Positions 39,875 through 52,157 of a DNA stretch of 64,000 nucleotides are shown in pieces; positions within the stretch are counted from its first letter, which is position 1, and each line of letters starts with the position of its first letter. Origin of the DNA: Chrysomallon squamiferum (lineage: Eukaryota; Animalia; Mollusca); the NCBI GenBank assembly GCA_012295275.1, contig CM022670.1:19344001-19408000 (forward strand), written 5' to 3'. The notes beneath the pieces are model-generated. The model was not told the origin of the DNA and searched no databases. It worked only from the letters and a program-made list of their open reading frames with translations. The translations under genes and the position numbers were made by a program.

Positions 39875-41202
39875 GATCTCTCTTCGTGGGAAGATTCTAA
39901 ATTCGACATAGAATCATACTTGGCATTGGATTCAAAAATTAATTAAATGCACAACTCGGTTAATCATAAATACAATATATTATGATATAATTAAAATATT
40001 ATTAATAATAAATCAACAACAATAAAAAAATTAAAAAAAAAAAAAAAAAGAAGAAGAAAAAAGATAAAAGCAATAAAAACAGATTTAAAAAATTAAATGA
40101 ATAACAAAACAAATGGAGATAATTTTTATTATGCTTACCTATCTCTTCGTACCGAAATAACACCCTTAATTTTACTTCTGATACCTAAGATGTTTTTCGA
40201 ATTATTACGATGGATTTATTTATGAAATGCCTTTAGATAATAAACTTAAGAAGCAATTACTTTCCTCTTATTAGAGACGCTACACATGCGCAATTTCACC
40301 TATGTTTATTAGCCGACACTCGTAATCGAAATTCTTATCTGAACTTGAAAAAAAAAAAAAAAAAAAAAAGGAAAAAGCATGAGTAATATATAGTAATCAT
40401 GAGAAGTTACATAATAAAGTGAAAACAGTGATAATCAAATGCTGGAAATGCTATTCATATTAAGTTATTTATTTATTACCTACTGACAAAATAAATAAAT
40501 AAGTAAATAAATATATAAAATAAACCAAACCAAACCAAACTCATTGAAACATATAAATGTAATTTTGATTTGTTCAAAAGATGTACGTGCCACTTTCTTT
40601 TTGTCTTATCCCAGTGCAAATAATTTTCTATCTAATTTTGCCAACCATCGCTGTTTCTGGCCCTTCTAAGCGAAGGCAACGACGATTAAAAAAACAACAA
40701 ATAAACCTACGACAACCCCCCCACACAAAATAACAGATAAGAACCCCACACAACAAACATTAATCCCTGACAATAACTACCGATATGTTGTTCTTGACAA
40801 TTATTACTGAAAGGCATGTTTATTTATTCACTTATTTATTTATTTTAGCTGTTCAGATACATTTGTTATTTTGAACGGCAGTAACAAATCCGAATTCGCA
40901 ATATTCTTATTTACATTTTTACATTATCGGAAACGTAAAAAGAAAGTGGGATTAATTTTATTTCCTGCAGTGTTTTCTTGCGTAGTAAATTTGTGGTATT
41001 TACTTAACATGTCTCGTAGACGGAAATTTTAAAAAGTGTTTCGTTTCCCAGGATATACTTATCATTAATTCTTATCAATACAAGCTTGTAGTTGAGTTTA
41101 TTATAATTTTTAAAATAATTTAAATATTATTTCAAATATAATGTGACATTGGAAACCAATAATAAAAACATCATTTATTTTATTAATAAAATTAAAAAGG
41201 GT
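39875..41202. promoter_or_regulatory. Putative bidirectional promoter between HARS and the BUD23-like gene
   Basis: 1328 bp between divergent ATGs; CpG visibly more frequent than in the flanking gene bodies; partial NRF1-like TACACATGCGCA at 40281-40292. Confidence 0.55.
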
Positions 41203-42030
41203 ATGGCAGTATCTACAAGACGACATATATTTTTATGCTTAAAGATATGTACTGATCTCAAAAAGAGACATCTTTCTAGTTTTAAACACAAACCAGCTAT
41301 ATACTACTTTCCAAACACCTCTCCCGCGATACATGACCACGATAAGGTGAAACACTTACTAAATGAGAGATCTCATCTGGTTGAATTAAAAAGCGTTACG
41401 GAATTTGGTATACGGAATTTAAAGGGTAGGAAAGCCAGGCGCCCAGAGTTATCAGATCTGTTGGCTGGAAGACAATCAAAAGAAGCAGACAAATACTTCA
41501 AAGGAGGTCGTATGTACAAGATACAATCGGAATTGGCAGAGAACGCTTTGGATCTGTTACGTTTAGTATGTGATGTACATCCAGGATATATCTTAGACTT
41601 AGGATGTGGCAATGGCATAAGTACAAAAGTTATTGCTGAAAGAGGTCATATTCCTGTCAGTATAGATATCAATCCTGCTATGCTTAAATGCATGGCTGAA
41701 CAAAATGACACACCTGATGATGCAATACTAGGAAATGTCAGCATGGGTCTTCCTTTTCGTAGTGGAGTGTTTGACGCAGCTGTTAGCATCTCTTTCTTGC
41801 AGTGGCTAATTGTTGATGAAAGGAATGAGATTTTGAGGATATTTTTTAATTCCTTAAAATTTTGTTTAGCTGATAAAGGTTCAGCAGTGTTTCAGTTTTA
41901 TCCGAGAACTCTGGCTGATGTAGAGAGAACAATTGAAACTGCATCATTGTTTTTCAGAGGGTTTATTATAGGTGATCATCCTCATGAAAATAGAGGAAAA
42001 AAACTGTTTATGATCCTTTTCTCTTTATGA
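41203..42030 (+). CDS. Intronless BUD23/WBSCR22-like class I SAM-dependent methyltransferase (divergent paralog, 275 aa) with N-terminal extension
   Basis: Motifs collinear with BUD23: RRPE, EADKY, RMYKIQ, ALDLL, ILDLGCGNG, IDINPAML, GLPFRSGVFDAAVSISFLQWL, FFNSL, AVFQFYP, KKLFMILFS. First ATG 41203 (GGTATGG), TGA 42028-42030, AATAAA at 42041. Confidence 0.88.
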   Translation: MAVSTRRHIFLCLKICTDLKKRHLSSFKHKPAIYYFPNTSPAIHDHDKVKHLLNERSHLVELKSVTEFGIRNLKGRKARRPELSDLLAGRQSKEADKYFKGGRMYKIQSELAENALDLLRLVCDVHPGYILDLGCGNGISTKVIAERGHIPVSIDINPAMLKCMAEQNDTPDDAILGNVSMGLPFRSGVFDAAVSISFLQWLIVDERNEILRIFFNSLKFCLADKGSAVFQFYPRTLADVERTIETASLFFRGFIIGDHPHENRGKKLFMILFSL

Positions 42031-42546
42031 TGGAAAACTAAATAAAATTATTTTAAATAGCAAAGCTTCTGTTGTTAAAAATATAATAAAAATAATAATT
42101 ACAAAAATTTAAATTATTATTGTAAAATAATGCTATGATAAAATATTTTATTAATGTTATTATTTTCAAAAAACCAACAATAAAAAATCAACTCCCCACA
42201 AAAAACCCAAACAAGCAAGCAACAAAACAAAACAAAAATCAAATTTTTCAGTTTAACATAATTGTTTTAGATATTTTGCCAGCATGTTGTTATTTTAAAC
42301 TGATGCTTTCATTTTATTACTAAATATGTTTTTAAATGTTCTGAAATATATTTTACTAATATATACAAGAAAAAAGATCCTGTTACTGCAGTATTTATAC
42401 TAAATTATCCATGTGAATTAAATTAAATTACTTTTATAAATGGTATTTATTAACCAATTATCAGTTGCCTTCAGTCTGAAATGTAAGTAATTTTTTGTGA
42501 AGAAAGATGTGTTATTCTTATATATTGTTGAAACTGAAGGTTTTAA

Positions 42547-42547
<1 letters not shown>

Positions 42548-42600
<53 letters not shown>

Positions 42601-42601
42601 T
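42548..42601. repeat. (AAT)n microsatellite
   Basis: Perfect AAT run. Confidence 0.95.
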
Positions 42602-43171
42602 AACCCCCACAAAATCTAACGGCTCCAAAAATAAAAAATGAATAAATAAAAATCTTCTAAATTCTTGATTTGTAACCATATGGGGATATGCTGCATTTTA
42701 GAGTAAACATACTTGTGGTATCACATTTTGTTATAAATCTTGTATACATAAGTGATCAATATTCAGTAATGTATACATAAACAAGTGAATAAATGTGACA
42801 AGATGTCAGTTTTGTTTCATTTTTCTCACACATTCCATTATTAATATGTCATGTGTTAATAATAAAATAAATATTACTTATTTTTATTTTTATTTTATTA
42901 TTATTATTATTATTTAGTTATTAAAAAAAATATATATATATATATATATAAAAACCAGAAAAACAAAACAAAAATAAGTTTTTGCTTTCTTCTGAAATCA
43001 TTTCTTTTGTAATTATGTAAATGTAGTTAAATTTTTATTTATTTATTATTATTGTTTTTCACTTGCTTAAATGGAATAACATTTTCTTTTTCTAGAAGGT
43101 AAAAATACTTTGAAATCTGTCATTGCATTTCTTCTTTGTTAAACCATTTTTAATTTTTTTTTATTTTCTTC

Positions 43172-43202
<31 letters not shown>

Positions 43203-43929
43203 TTCTTTTAAGCTTTACTTAATAATTTTTATATTTCCCACAAGATTATGTATTTCCTTTCAGTTTATATAATACTTTCTAACCAGGTGGGGTGTGATTA
43301 TCTTAAAGGGGTCATGAAATATCTTTGTATTCCCTTCCTTCTTATTTATGCTGTAGATTAATTTTTTTTTTTTAAACATTTCACACTTCGTTTAATTAAC
43401 CTGTTAGTTTGTCTTTTAGTTTTAGTTTTTAACTTAATTCTTTTTTTTTTTTTTTTTTTTTACAAACAAATAATGGGGTCGCTTTCATTTATATACATAC
43501 TGTTTTTGATTTTGGTGTAAAGTACTGTTAGAATATGAGAAAATTGACTGTATTAGTCACAAAAGGTATCATTTAGATTTTACTATAAACTTTGTTGTAT
43601 GTCAAATGGCTTTTTGCCAACTGCTTCCAAACAGCTATGTCGTTGGACGGCAGCAGAGGTAAGTTTTGCTTTGTTTGATTGTTACAGATATATCAAAACT
43701 GTGCACAGTTGAACAGGACATTAACATTAACATTCAGTGTACAGCCATTGATACATTTATTTTCTCTTCAAGGATAGATTGTTAATGATTTTAAAATCTT
43801 GTTTACAACTGTTTTCACTTATTAATACTGCAATTAGGCTTAATTATATACATGCACACATGTAAACACATTAAAATAAATATTGACATATGCTGACAGG
43901 TATTAATTCATGCACAAAAACAGTGTTGG

Positions 43930-43933
43930 ATAC

Positions 43934-43980
<47 letters not shown>

Positions 43981-44330
43981 TATAAATACATTATTACATA
44001 CATACATATATAAACACAAACATACATACACATATGCACACATGCACAAATGTACACAAACACATGCACACACACACACTCTAGTTTCCAAACAAACAAA
44101 TATAAAAATAAATTAACATACATATGCATACATATATCCATCAATTCATTCATTAATATGTATTTTGTATACATACATATATTCGTTGATCCATACATAA
44201 ATATACAACCATCCATCCATCCATCAGTTCATACAAATGTATACAAATAAAAATTCCTATATACGTAAATATATCTCATACACATATACATACTGCACTC
44301 ATTCACATATACATGAATTATGTGTGTATA
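43930..44330. repeat. Compound (TA)n/(CA)n/(CATA)n low-complexity region
   Basis: Simple-repeat mosaic. Confidence 0.85.
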
Positions 44331-44681
44331 GATACTGATTAATGATAGGTATTTGTAAATTATTATTTGATGAAAGGGAATATAACCTTTATGGCATGAA
44401 AAATCAGACCTAGAAAGAAAGAAGAAAATAATGCATGTTTTTAATTTGTTTAGAAAAGGAATCTGTTGCTGCATTTTAAGTATGTACATAGTGAATGTGT
44501 ATAATGTATATATATATATTAATTTTTTTTTTTTTGGTGACTGTTCTTAGCCAATATAAATTTTGTGGTGCAAATTATATGACAGGGATGGATCCAAAAT
44601 GTGAGAAATAGGGGTAAACTACAGTGTGTGCATATGCTGGTATAAATATATGTATTACTGCATGCATTTCTTTGTGCATGT

Positions 44682-44713
<32 letters not shown>

Positions 44714-45784
44714 GTAAATATACAATTCATTCTGCCCTTCTTTCATATGACTACTGTCCGAAAAAGAAGAAAAGGAAAAAATATTTCTTTAAAAAAAAAA
44801 AATTAAATATTTAATATAAATATTCTTTACTTCCATATTTTAAATAAACTTTATATCCACATTTTAGATAAATTCACAGCATTAAAATGTCACTGTTACT
44901 TATTTACATATGTAGATTCCAACAGGGCAGAGTTAATAACTCCAAAAATAAAATAAATATATATATATATGAATCTGTGTGTGTATATATATTTATGTAT
45001 GTATGTATGTATGTATGAATGTATGTATGTATGTAATAAACTTCAGGAGACTCAGTCTAACATGGTTTTTTCAATAGGTCTATTTTTAATTGCTAGTATG
45101 TCTAAGAATCTGGTTAATAAACGGTGGTTTAAACTTATTTATCAATGATAGAATTTACAAACAGGAATACAATTTATCTTTATATGTGTTTTGTATGTAT
45201 GTATAATTCATATTCGTTTGTGTTTGTTCATAAGTATAAATAAATATATATATATACGTACGTATGAAATATGTATGTTTATATGTACTACTTAGGTATG
45301 TGTTTTTTTACCTATCCATATATGCTATTAATTATAACTTGTTCTGACAAAATATGTATTTTTCGCATTAGTTAAACATTTTAAACCACTTTTTCTGCTA
45401 ATGTGGTTGTTGTTCAGATATAATATTATCGGAAGTTTTTTCTTTTCACAATTTACACTCACAAGTAAACATCTATCAGACTCGGCCTAAAAGACCACGT
45501 GATTTTTCCTTTGTTTGTTTTCAATGAGTTCCATTCCATGTTCTAGTTCGTAATGCGCGAAAATACTAGAGAAATATCTTGGAGTTATTGTAACTATAGT
45601 CTCCTCTCGAAGAAAAAAGAAAAAAAAAAAAAAAAAAAAGAAAAGAAATAAGGTCACTGACATTTTATCCTGATCGGCTAACATGCATTAACATCGGGCA
45701 ACTTGTATTATTTGGAAAATAAACCTGTATATTTTTTTCTCATTCTCTTTTTTCTTTATTTCTTTTCAATTTTTTTTTTTTTTT

Positions 45785-45816
<32 letters not shown>

Positions 45817-47860
45817 TTTTTGCTTTAAAGTATCTGGGTTAAATTAACACGACTCTGAAAACAAACACTTCAAAGGGAATTAAAGAAATGGCAAAACGCA
45901 GTGCAAAACCTCCTCTTTGCGAGAGATGGACTTGAAATAGAGACGTTGAAGAGATAAGGACTAAGATTTTGTTCGATTCACTTAGCGATAAGCCTAACTA
46001 CCTTTTATCACTCTCTAAAACAAAGATGTACCTCTCCGATTTCGTAGGCGAATTTATAAACCATATGTTTAGCAGGTGCCAGACATTTTTTCTTCTGTTT
46101 TTTATTTCATTTATTTCATATCAACCTTCCCGACAGGCTTTGCTAGTTGAATTTAGGATTGTTCCAACCAGTTTGTGTACAACTCTGATTTGCGATAGGA
46201 AAGAGAGCCCTTGCTTTGGCCAGTCTGTGCTTATGTACACATATTTATAATATATCGTCATTATCTACATCGGAGGTCTTATGATGGACAAATAGCACGC
46301 CCGAGATTCACGAATGCTCTCCAGTTTCTTTTGATATGCTAGCCGGGAAGTAATGACGCGAGAAATTGAATTAAACATTATTCGGGTTGCCAGAGGAGTC
46401 ACAATGGAAACAAATATTTGAGGAGTTTTGAAAAACAAAATATTTTGATCCAATTAATAAGTGAAAAACGCTTCAGAATTAAAACAGTACATACAAGAAG
46501 CCATTCGTGTCTGTGAACTTTAAGGTTAGTACATATTTAAAAACTTAAATAAATTAGCATTAATCTTAACTAATTTTTTTTTTTTTTTTTTTTTTGGTAT
46601 CATTTTTTAAAGATATATCACTGTGTCATGGTTTTTTCTTTATGTTAGTTTTATTTGCAAACTGTTAATCTATCTAACTATCTAACTAACTGACGTCATA
46701 ATTTCATACTTTGTTTTCCAGAACGTAAACATTTTTTTGTTACGGATTTGTCATTCTCGGAATATGTCATCTGTATCTCTGTTAACTCTGTATGTCTGAT
46801 AAGGAAATCCCTGTTTCCATTACTCTCATTTGTACGTCTCTTTTTTGGAATAATCCTTATCTGTCTTTGTCTGCCTGTCTGCTGGCATGTCTGTCTGTCT
46901 GTCTGTCTGTCTACAAATCTATCCCTCTGGGTATCTGTCTGTCTTTCAATCTCTTTGTCTGTCTGTTTCTTTCTAAGTAATAATTATCAAATAAACACAT
47001 TAATTAAATCTTAATAGAATGTACTTTTTATACTTTTTAAAGTCAGCTGGTTTGGTACAGCCGTTTATTTTCTCCCGACTTGGGAAAGTGTAATTTGGAA
47101 CATTCCACGGAAAACATACTGAAGATAGGAACTGCCACGTTAAATTTTTATTGTCGTTTTAACGATGCAATTGAGGAAAACGGAAGGATTGTTTATAAAA
47201 AGATTTTTTTTTTTAGTTTAATTATTTTTATTATGAGGTTTCTGGGATAACCAACAGATATTTACTCTTTTAGAGCATGAGGACTCATATTTAAGTTCAC
47301 CATGCAGAATCTGCGTGCCGTAAATTATAGCTCCCAAATGTCCTTATTTCTCTGATTTTAGTATTTCCATTGAAATAATTATACAGTTTATTTTAAATGC
47401 CGATCGATAATTCGAGGCGTGATTTTTTTTTTTTTTTTTTTAATTCAATCAACAAATGCCTTTTTGTATGGTTCAGTAACGTGGATATGGTTTCTAAATT
47501 TTTCTTCTTCTTCTTCTTCTTCTTCTTCTTATTATTATTTATATACATTGTTCAGTTCATATTAATTTCGCTAATTCATTTGCTAAAACTTTATAACATT
47601 TAATACGGCTAGTATGTGAAATAGGGTTAATGCATACTACACTTAAAGTTTGTGCGGTAATCTGCGTGCATATGAACTTTGTCTTCACAGATTATTGTAG
47701 AAACATTGTAACTTTGAATACAAGTATGACAGATAGCGTTAATGCTTACTGAACTGAAGAAACTCCAAATATCCTTTGCATTCATATAAGCAATAACCGC
47801 AAAAAAAAAGAGAAAAAATAATCAATAATTAATCTATCTCTCTATCTATCTGTGGGTGTG

Positions 47861-47893
<33 letters not shown>

Positions 47894-50800
47894 ATGTATG
47901 TATAAAAAATCTCTCAAAATCTCATTACTGTGCATAAAATGTCTTGAATGTTATATAAATTCTTTTAACTTTAATTGCTTCTTACGTGAATTTTCATTAG
48001 AGAGTATTCAGAACAAAAATTCTTTCGAATATATACATTTCTGTACGATAAGCGCAGACAAGAAACTTTATAATTTAGATAAAAATGAATTTCTCAGTTC
48101 ATTATTTGGTTTTAACAGATACACTTTTATTTTTAGAAATAATTTGTTTTCCTACCTTTTTCAACCCTTCATTCAAAGATAAAAAAAAAAAAAAAAAAAA
48201 ACAACCCCAAAAACAAAACAAATAATGGTCAAATAAAATAAAATAAAAAAACAAAATAAAATAAAACGAAGAAAACGAAACAGAGAAATGATTTAGTAAG
48301 GTCATAATGAAAGTGAACTTTTAAACAGACATTAAGAGTAATATAAAATAGTATGCTGTTGTTAGTATATTAGGTTATATATTATATTACCGCTATCTAG
48401 AATGCATACATACATACACAGACAGCTACATACATATTTACTTATAAGGCTTTTCCCTAATATCTTAGTCATAAACAAATGCAAAAATACGTTAGTATAT
48501 ATTTTTATATTCAATCTCTTTCTATCTGCCTGTCTGTCTATATATCTATAAATCTATATCTATGTCTGTATCTACCTATCTATATCTGTATCTGTATATT
48601 TGTATGTTTATATAAAAGTACATTTATGTGCATAAAACATGATAAGAAAACTATTTCATAGTATAAAAACGACAAAAATAACAACAAAATTCCAGATTAA
48701 TATCAACAGCAGGAATATTACAAAACTCGACCCAACATGACGTCAAGCATAAATAAAAACGGTATGTTTATGAAAATTAATATAAACAAGCGGATTCAAG
48801 GACAGTAAACTAGATTAGTGTGCCCATTTTATCCCGACTCGATTTATATGCATTTTTCTTACATTTTCAAATATGTCAAAATAGGTTACAAAATATTAAT
48901 ATCACTTGTATCAGCGTGTCTCGCTAACGTTTTCGAATAACCAATTCGTTATCTACGCTTTTGATTTTAGGAGTAAGGCGTCGTATATTTTCAATATATT
49001 TTACAGTTAGGTATTCTTTCACGTTGAAAAAGACTTGCACGTTCTGTAAAACCAGATTTATGTTGAATTATTTGTAACATTCTTTCTAAAAGCATTCCTT
49101 ACTTCATTGTTTGAATATAAAAAGCGATACATCTTAAGGTAACCGAGTCTATCCTGAGCCCTGTCTAGAAACATATTACTACTCCTGCTGTTGCTGTCAC
49201 TAGCAGTACTACTACTACTATTACAGTTGATAACATCTACTACTACTACAACTACTAGTACTATTACTACTACTACTACTGCTGATGCTGCTACTACTAC
49301 TACTACATCTGTTATTATTATTTAAAAAAAATGGCTTGTCATGTCTGCGCCTGTTATATATAATGTTATTTTACAACATTTTACCTGGTAAACAAACATT
49401 TTTGAAATATTAACCTTTATTAACAGGAGCTAATATTTAATATAATTTATTTAAACAGTGGTTAAAAAGAAGAAAAAAGAGAGTAACACTGCAGTCCACT
49501 CCAGTCATACTTCGTTTCCTCCGATTTTTTCTTTCTTAATAATGCAGTTCATTTTATCTTGACATTTGCATAGTTGGTATTGCTCTTTTCTGAAATTCTA
49601 GATTCGCCCTGGAGCAAAGATAAAACGGAATTGTCCAACAAACTGTGCATAATTTTGAAAATAATTATATCGGGAATCTAGAAGTTCAACCACAACATGT
49701 TTATTTAAACAGCTTGGTTTTCTCACTCTTACTTTTAATATTTGTGAAACACGGTCTGTTTTGTTTCGTAACGAGAGTCGATATATGTACCAGTATCAGA
49801 TGTCCTTCGTTTTATTTGTTAAAGAATACTGTTTTCTTTCTTTCCTTTCTTTCTCTTTTTTAACAAATCTGCTTCATAAATGAAATTTTGTAAATTCAGA
49901 ATTATTTTCGATAAATCATTAAAGGAACTTTCATTTTGTTTATTTTGCTTGTTACGAAAATACTTTCTGAAAAAGACATGGATAGCATTCATATATTGCA
50001 CTGCATAAAAAAAGAGAGAAAAATCCACACCAAACAGTTCCACAATAAAAATGTTTTCTATAATGATATTGCTTTTAGATTAAATATATGTCCAAATATG
50101 TAAGTATGTATGTATGTATGTATCTGTGTATGAATGTTTGACTGTTTGTGTGTGTTGTTGTATAAGTGTGTATCTGTGTAGGTATGCACGTACATATACA
50201 ATGTAAATACACAAAATATGTCTTATTATATATGCATTCTATTATGGATATGTATATGTATGGCTGTGTTTGTGTGTGTTTGTATGTTTATGTGTGTGGG
50301 CGTGTGCATGTGTGTATATGTTTGAATCATCCTGCCGCCCTAGGCTCTAACCTAGAAAGCCTATATGAGAAATCCGGCCTTGGGTAAAGAAAGACTGAAT
50401 TATAACTGGAAGGTATACGAAGCGGAGGATTTTATTTTGGGCAACATTTCTTTAAAAAAAAAAACGCATACAGATACCCCCCCCTCCAAATATTAGCGCA
50501 AACAACAATTTAAATAGGTCAGCTGGCAAGCTAGAAAGGGCAAAAAAAAAAACTCTGTAACTTTTTGTCAAAAAGTATTTCCTAAATCTGGGTCGCCAGC
50601 TTGGTGGTTAAATGTGCCTTGGTCGCACTTGTTGCAGAATTATTTTGTTTCATTCTGTCATTTGCTTAGCACTGTAGAGATTTGGGCTGGACGCTTAATG
50701 TGTGACGAAAGTAAGGAAAAGAATTTACGTGTAGGAATATATGTTAGCTTATCTGTGCATATATGTTTTATAAGTTCTGTTCAACACGTGTCACATTATA

Positions 50801-51344
50801 GCACACACATACTAACAACTTACTCCATACCTACCTTTCTATGTACATGGATATATATATATATCTCTTAATTCGTTTATATGATGCGTGTATTTTGTTG
50901 TCGTATTTATATCCTATTAAACTGTGCACATAGACAACATTTTGAAACGTACTGCACAGGAGAACAAACTTGAATCATTAACTCATAAATGTCAGATGCA
51001 TCTGACAAGAGTCGAACAACAGCACGCACTTCTAAGACGGTCGATGATATGATATACCGAGTGTAGCGTATTTTAGAGAATATATTCACATTCACTGGAA
51101 GCAACAACAATCTGATACTCGCACTTACAGGTAAGCAGGTAAAAAACAAAAATACGTGGTCTGTTACGTATAATAATGTTATTAATTTGTCAAAACACGA
51201 AATGCAACTATAAATATTTTTATATGTCGTATTTTAAAGCATTTACTTATTAAAATGTAATTTAATTATTGTTGCATTCCAGTAATCAGTCTTCTTAACA
51301 TGGTAATTCAGTTTTTTGCAGATAATTTATACTTGTGACGTGAA

Positions 51345-51630
51345 ATGATATCTCTTCTTAATATGCGATATTATCGCGTATAATTATACTTCTTAATATG
51401 TTATATGACATATAATTACACAGCTTCTTAATATGTGATATGTTATGACGTTTAATAATCTCTTCTTAATATGTGATGTTATAGCATGTGATTATATCTC
51501 TTCTTAATATGTGATGTTATAGTATGTATTTATAGGTCTTCTTAATATGTGATTTTATAGCGTGTAATCTCTCTTCTTATTACGTGATATTATACTATAC
51601 AATTATACATTTTCTTAATATGTGATGTTG
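51345..51630. repeat. Degenerate minisatellite, about 8 units of 33-40 bp
   Basis: Recurrent (CT)CTTCTTAATATGTGAT(G/A)TTATA core near 51351, 51389, 51424, 51459, 51498, 51538, 51571, 51611. Confidence 0.85.
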
Positions 51631-52060
51631 TGCATCATCACAGATCTAATAACATTTATCACGACTGTTTGTCGTTCTCAAGTTTAATTTATTGTGATAT
51701 TCGTAAAATAGACGTAGCATCTTCCCAGGTGGTCTTTGCAGTTGCGCACAATGCTTACAGCCACTTAGAACCTCTTAGTTTAAACTTCACTTAATCGCTT
51801 TTGTCATAAAACTACTGGCGACTTAGTGCTGTGTATAATGATAAATGGTTTCTTGGCAAAGTTTTCAGAAATTATCCATGTTTGTTTACTCCATTCAAAC
51901 GTAGATGTTAGATTTAAACGGTATTTGTACTTATAAGTAATTGTGAGTGTGTGTGTGTGTGTGTGTGAGTGATGTATGTGTATAAATGAATATATTATGT
52001 ATATGTATATGTACAGCCATACAGATAATTAATTATGTTGTTTCATACACATACATAGTG

Positions 52061-52063
<3 letters not shown>

Positions 52064-52154
<91 letters not shown>
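52064..52154. repeat. (AG)n microsatellite
   Basis: About 90 bp of perfect AG repeat. Confidence 0.97.

Positions 52155-52157
<3 letters not shown>

Noticed and set aside
41143-41202. GTG-initiated extension of the methyltransferase ORF
   Set aside because: Very AT-rich and low complexity; ATG 41203 has a good context.
45480-46480. GC-richer patch with short ORFs
   Set aside because: No consistent exon structure or protein similarity recognised; may be regulatory or a TE relic but unsupported.
51345-51630. CRISPR-like appearance of the conserved core with variable spacers
   Set aside because: Eukaryotic context, no cas genes, and the spacers are related to each other; it is a minisatellite.
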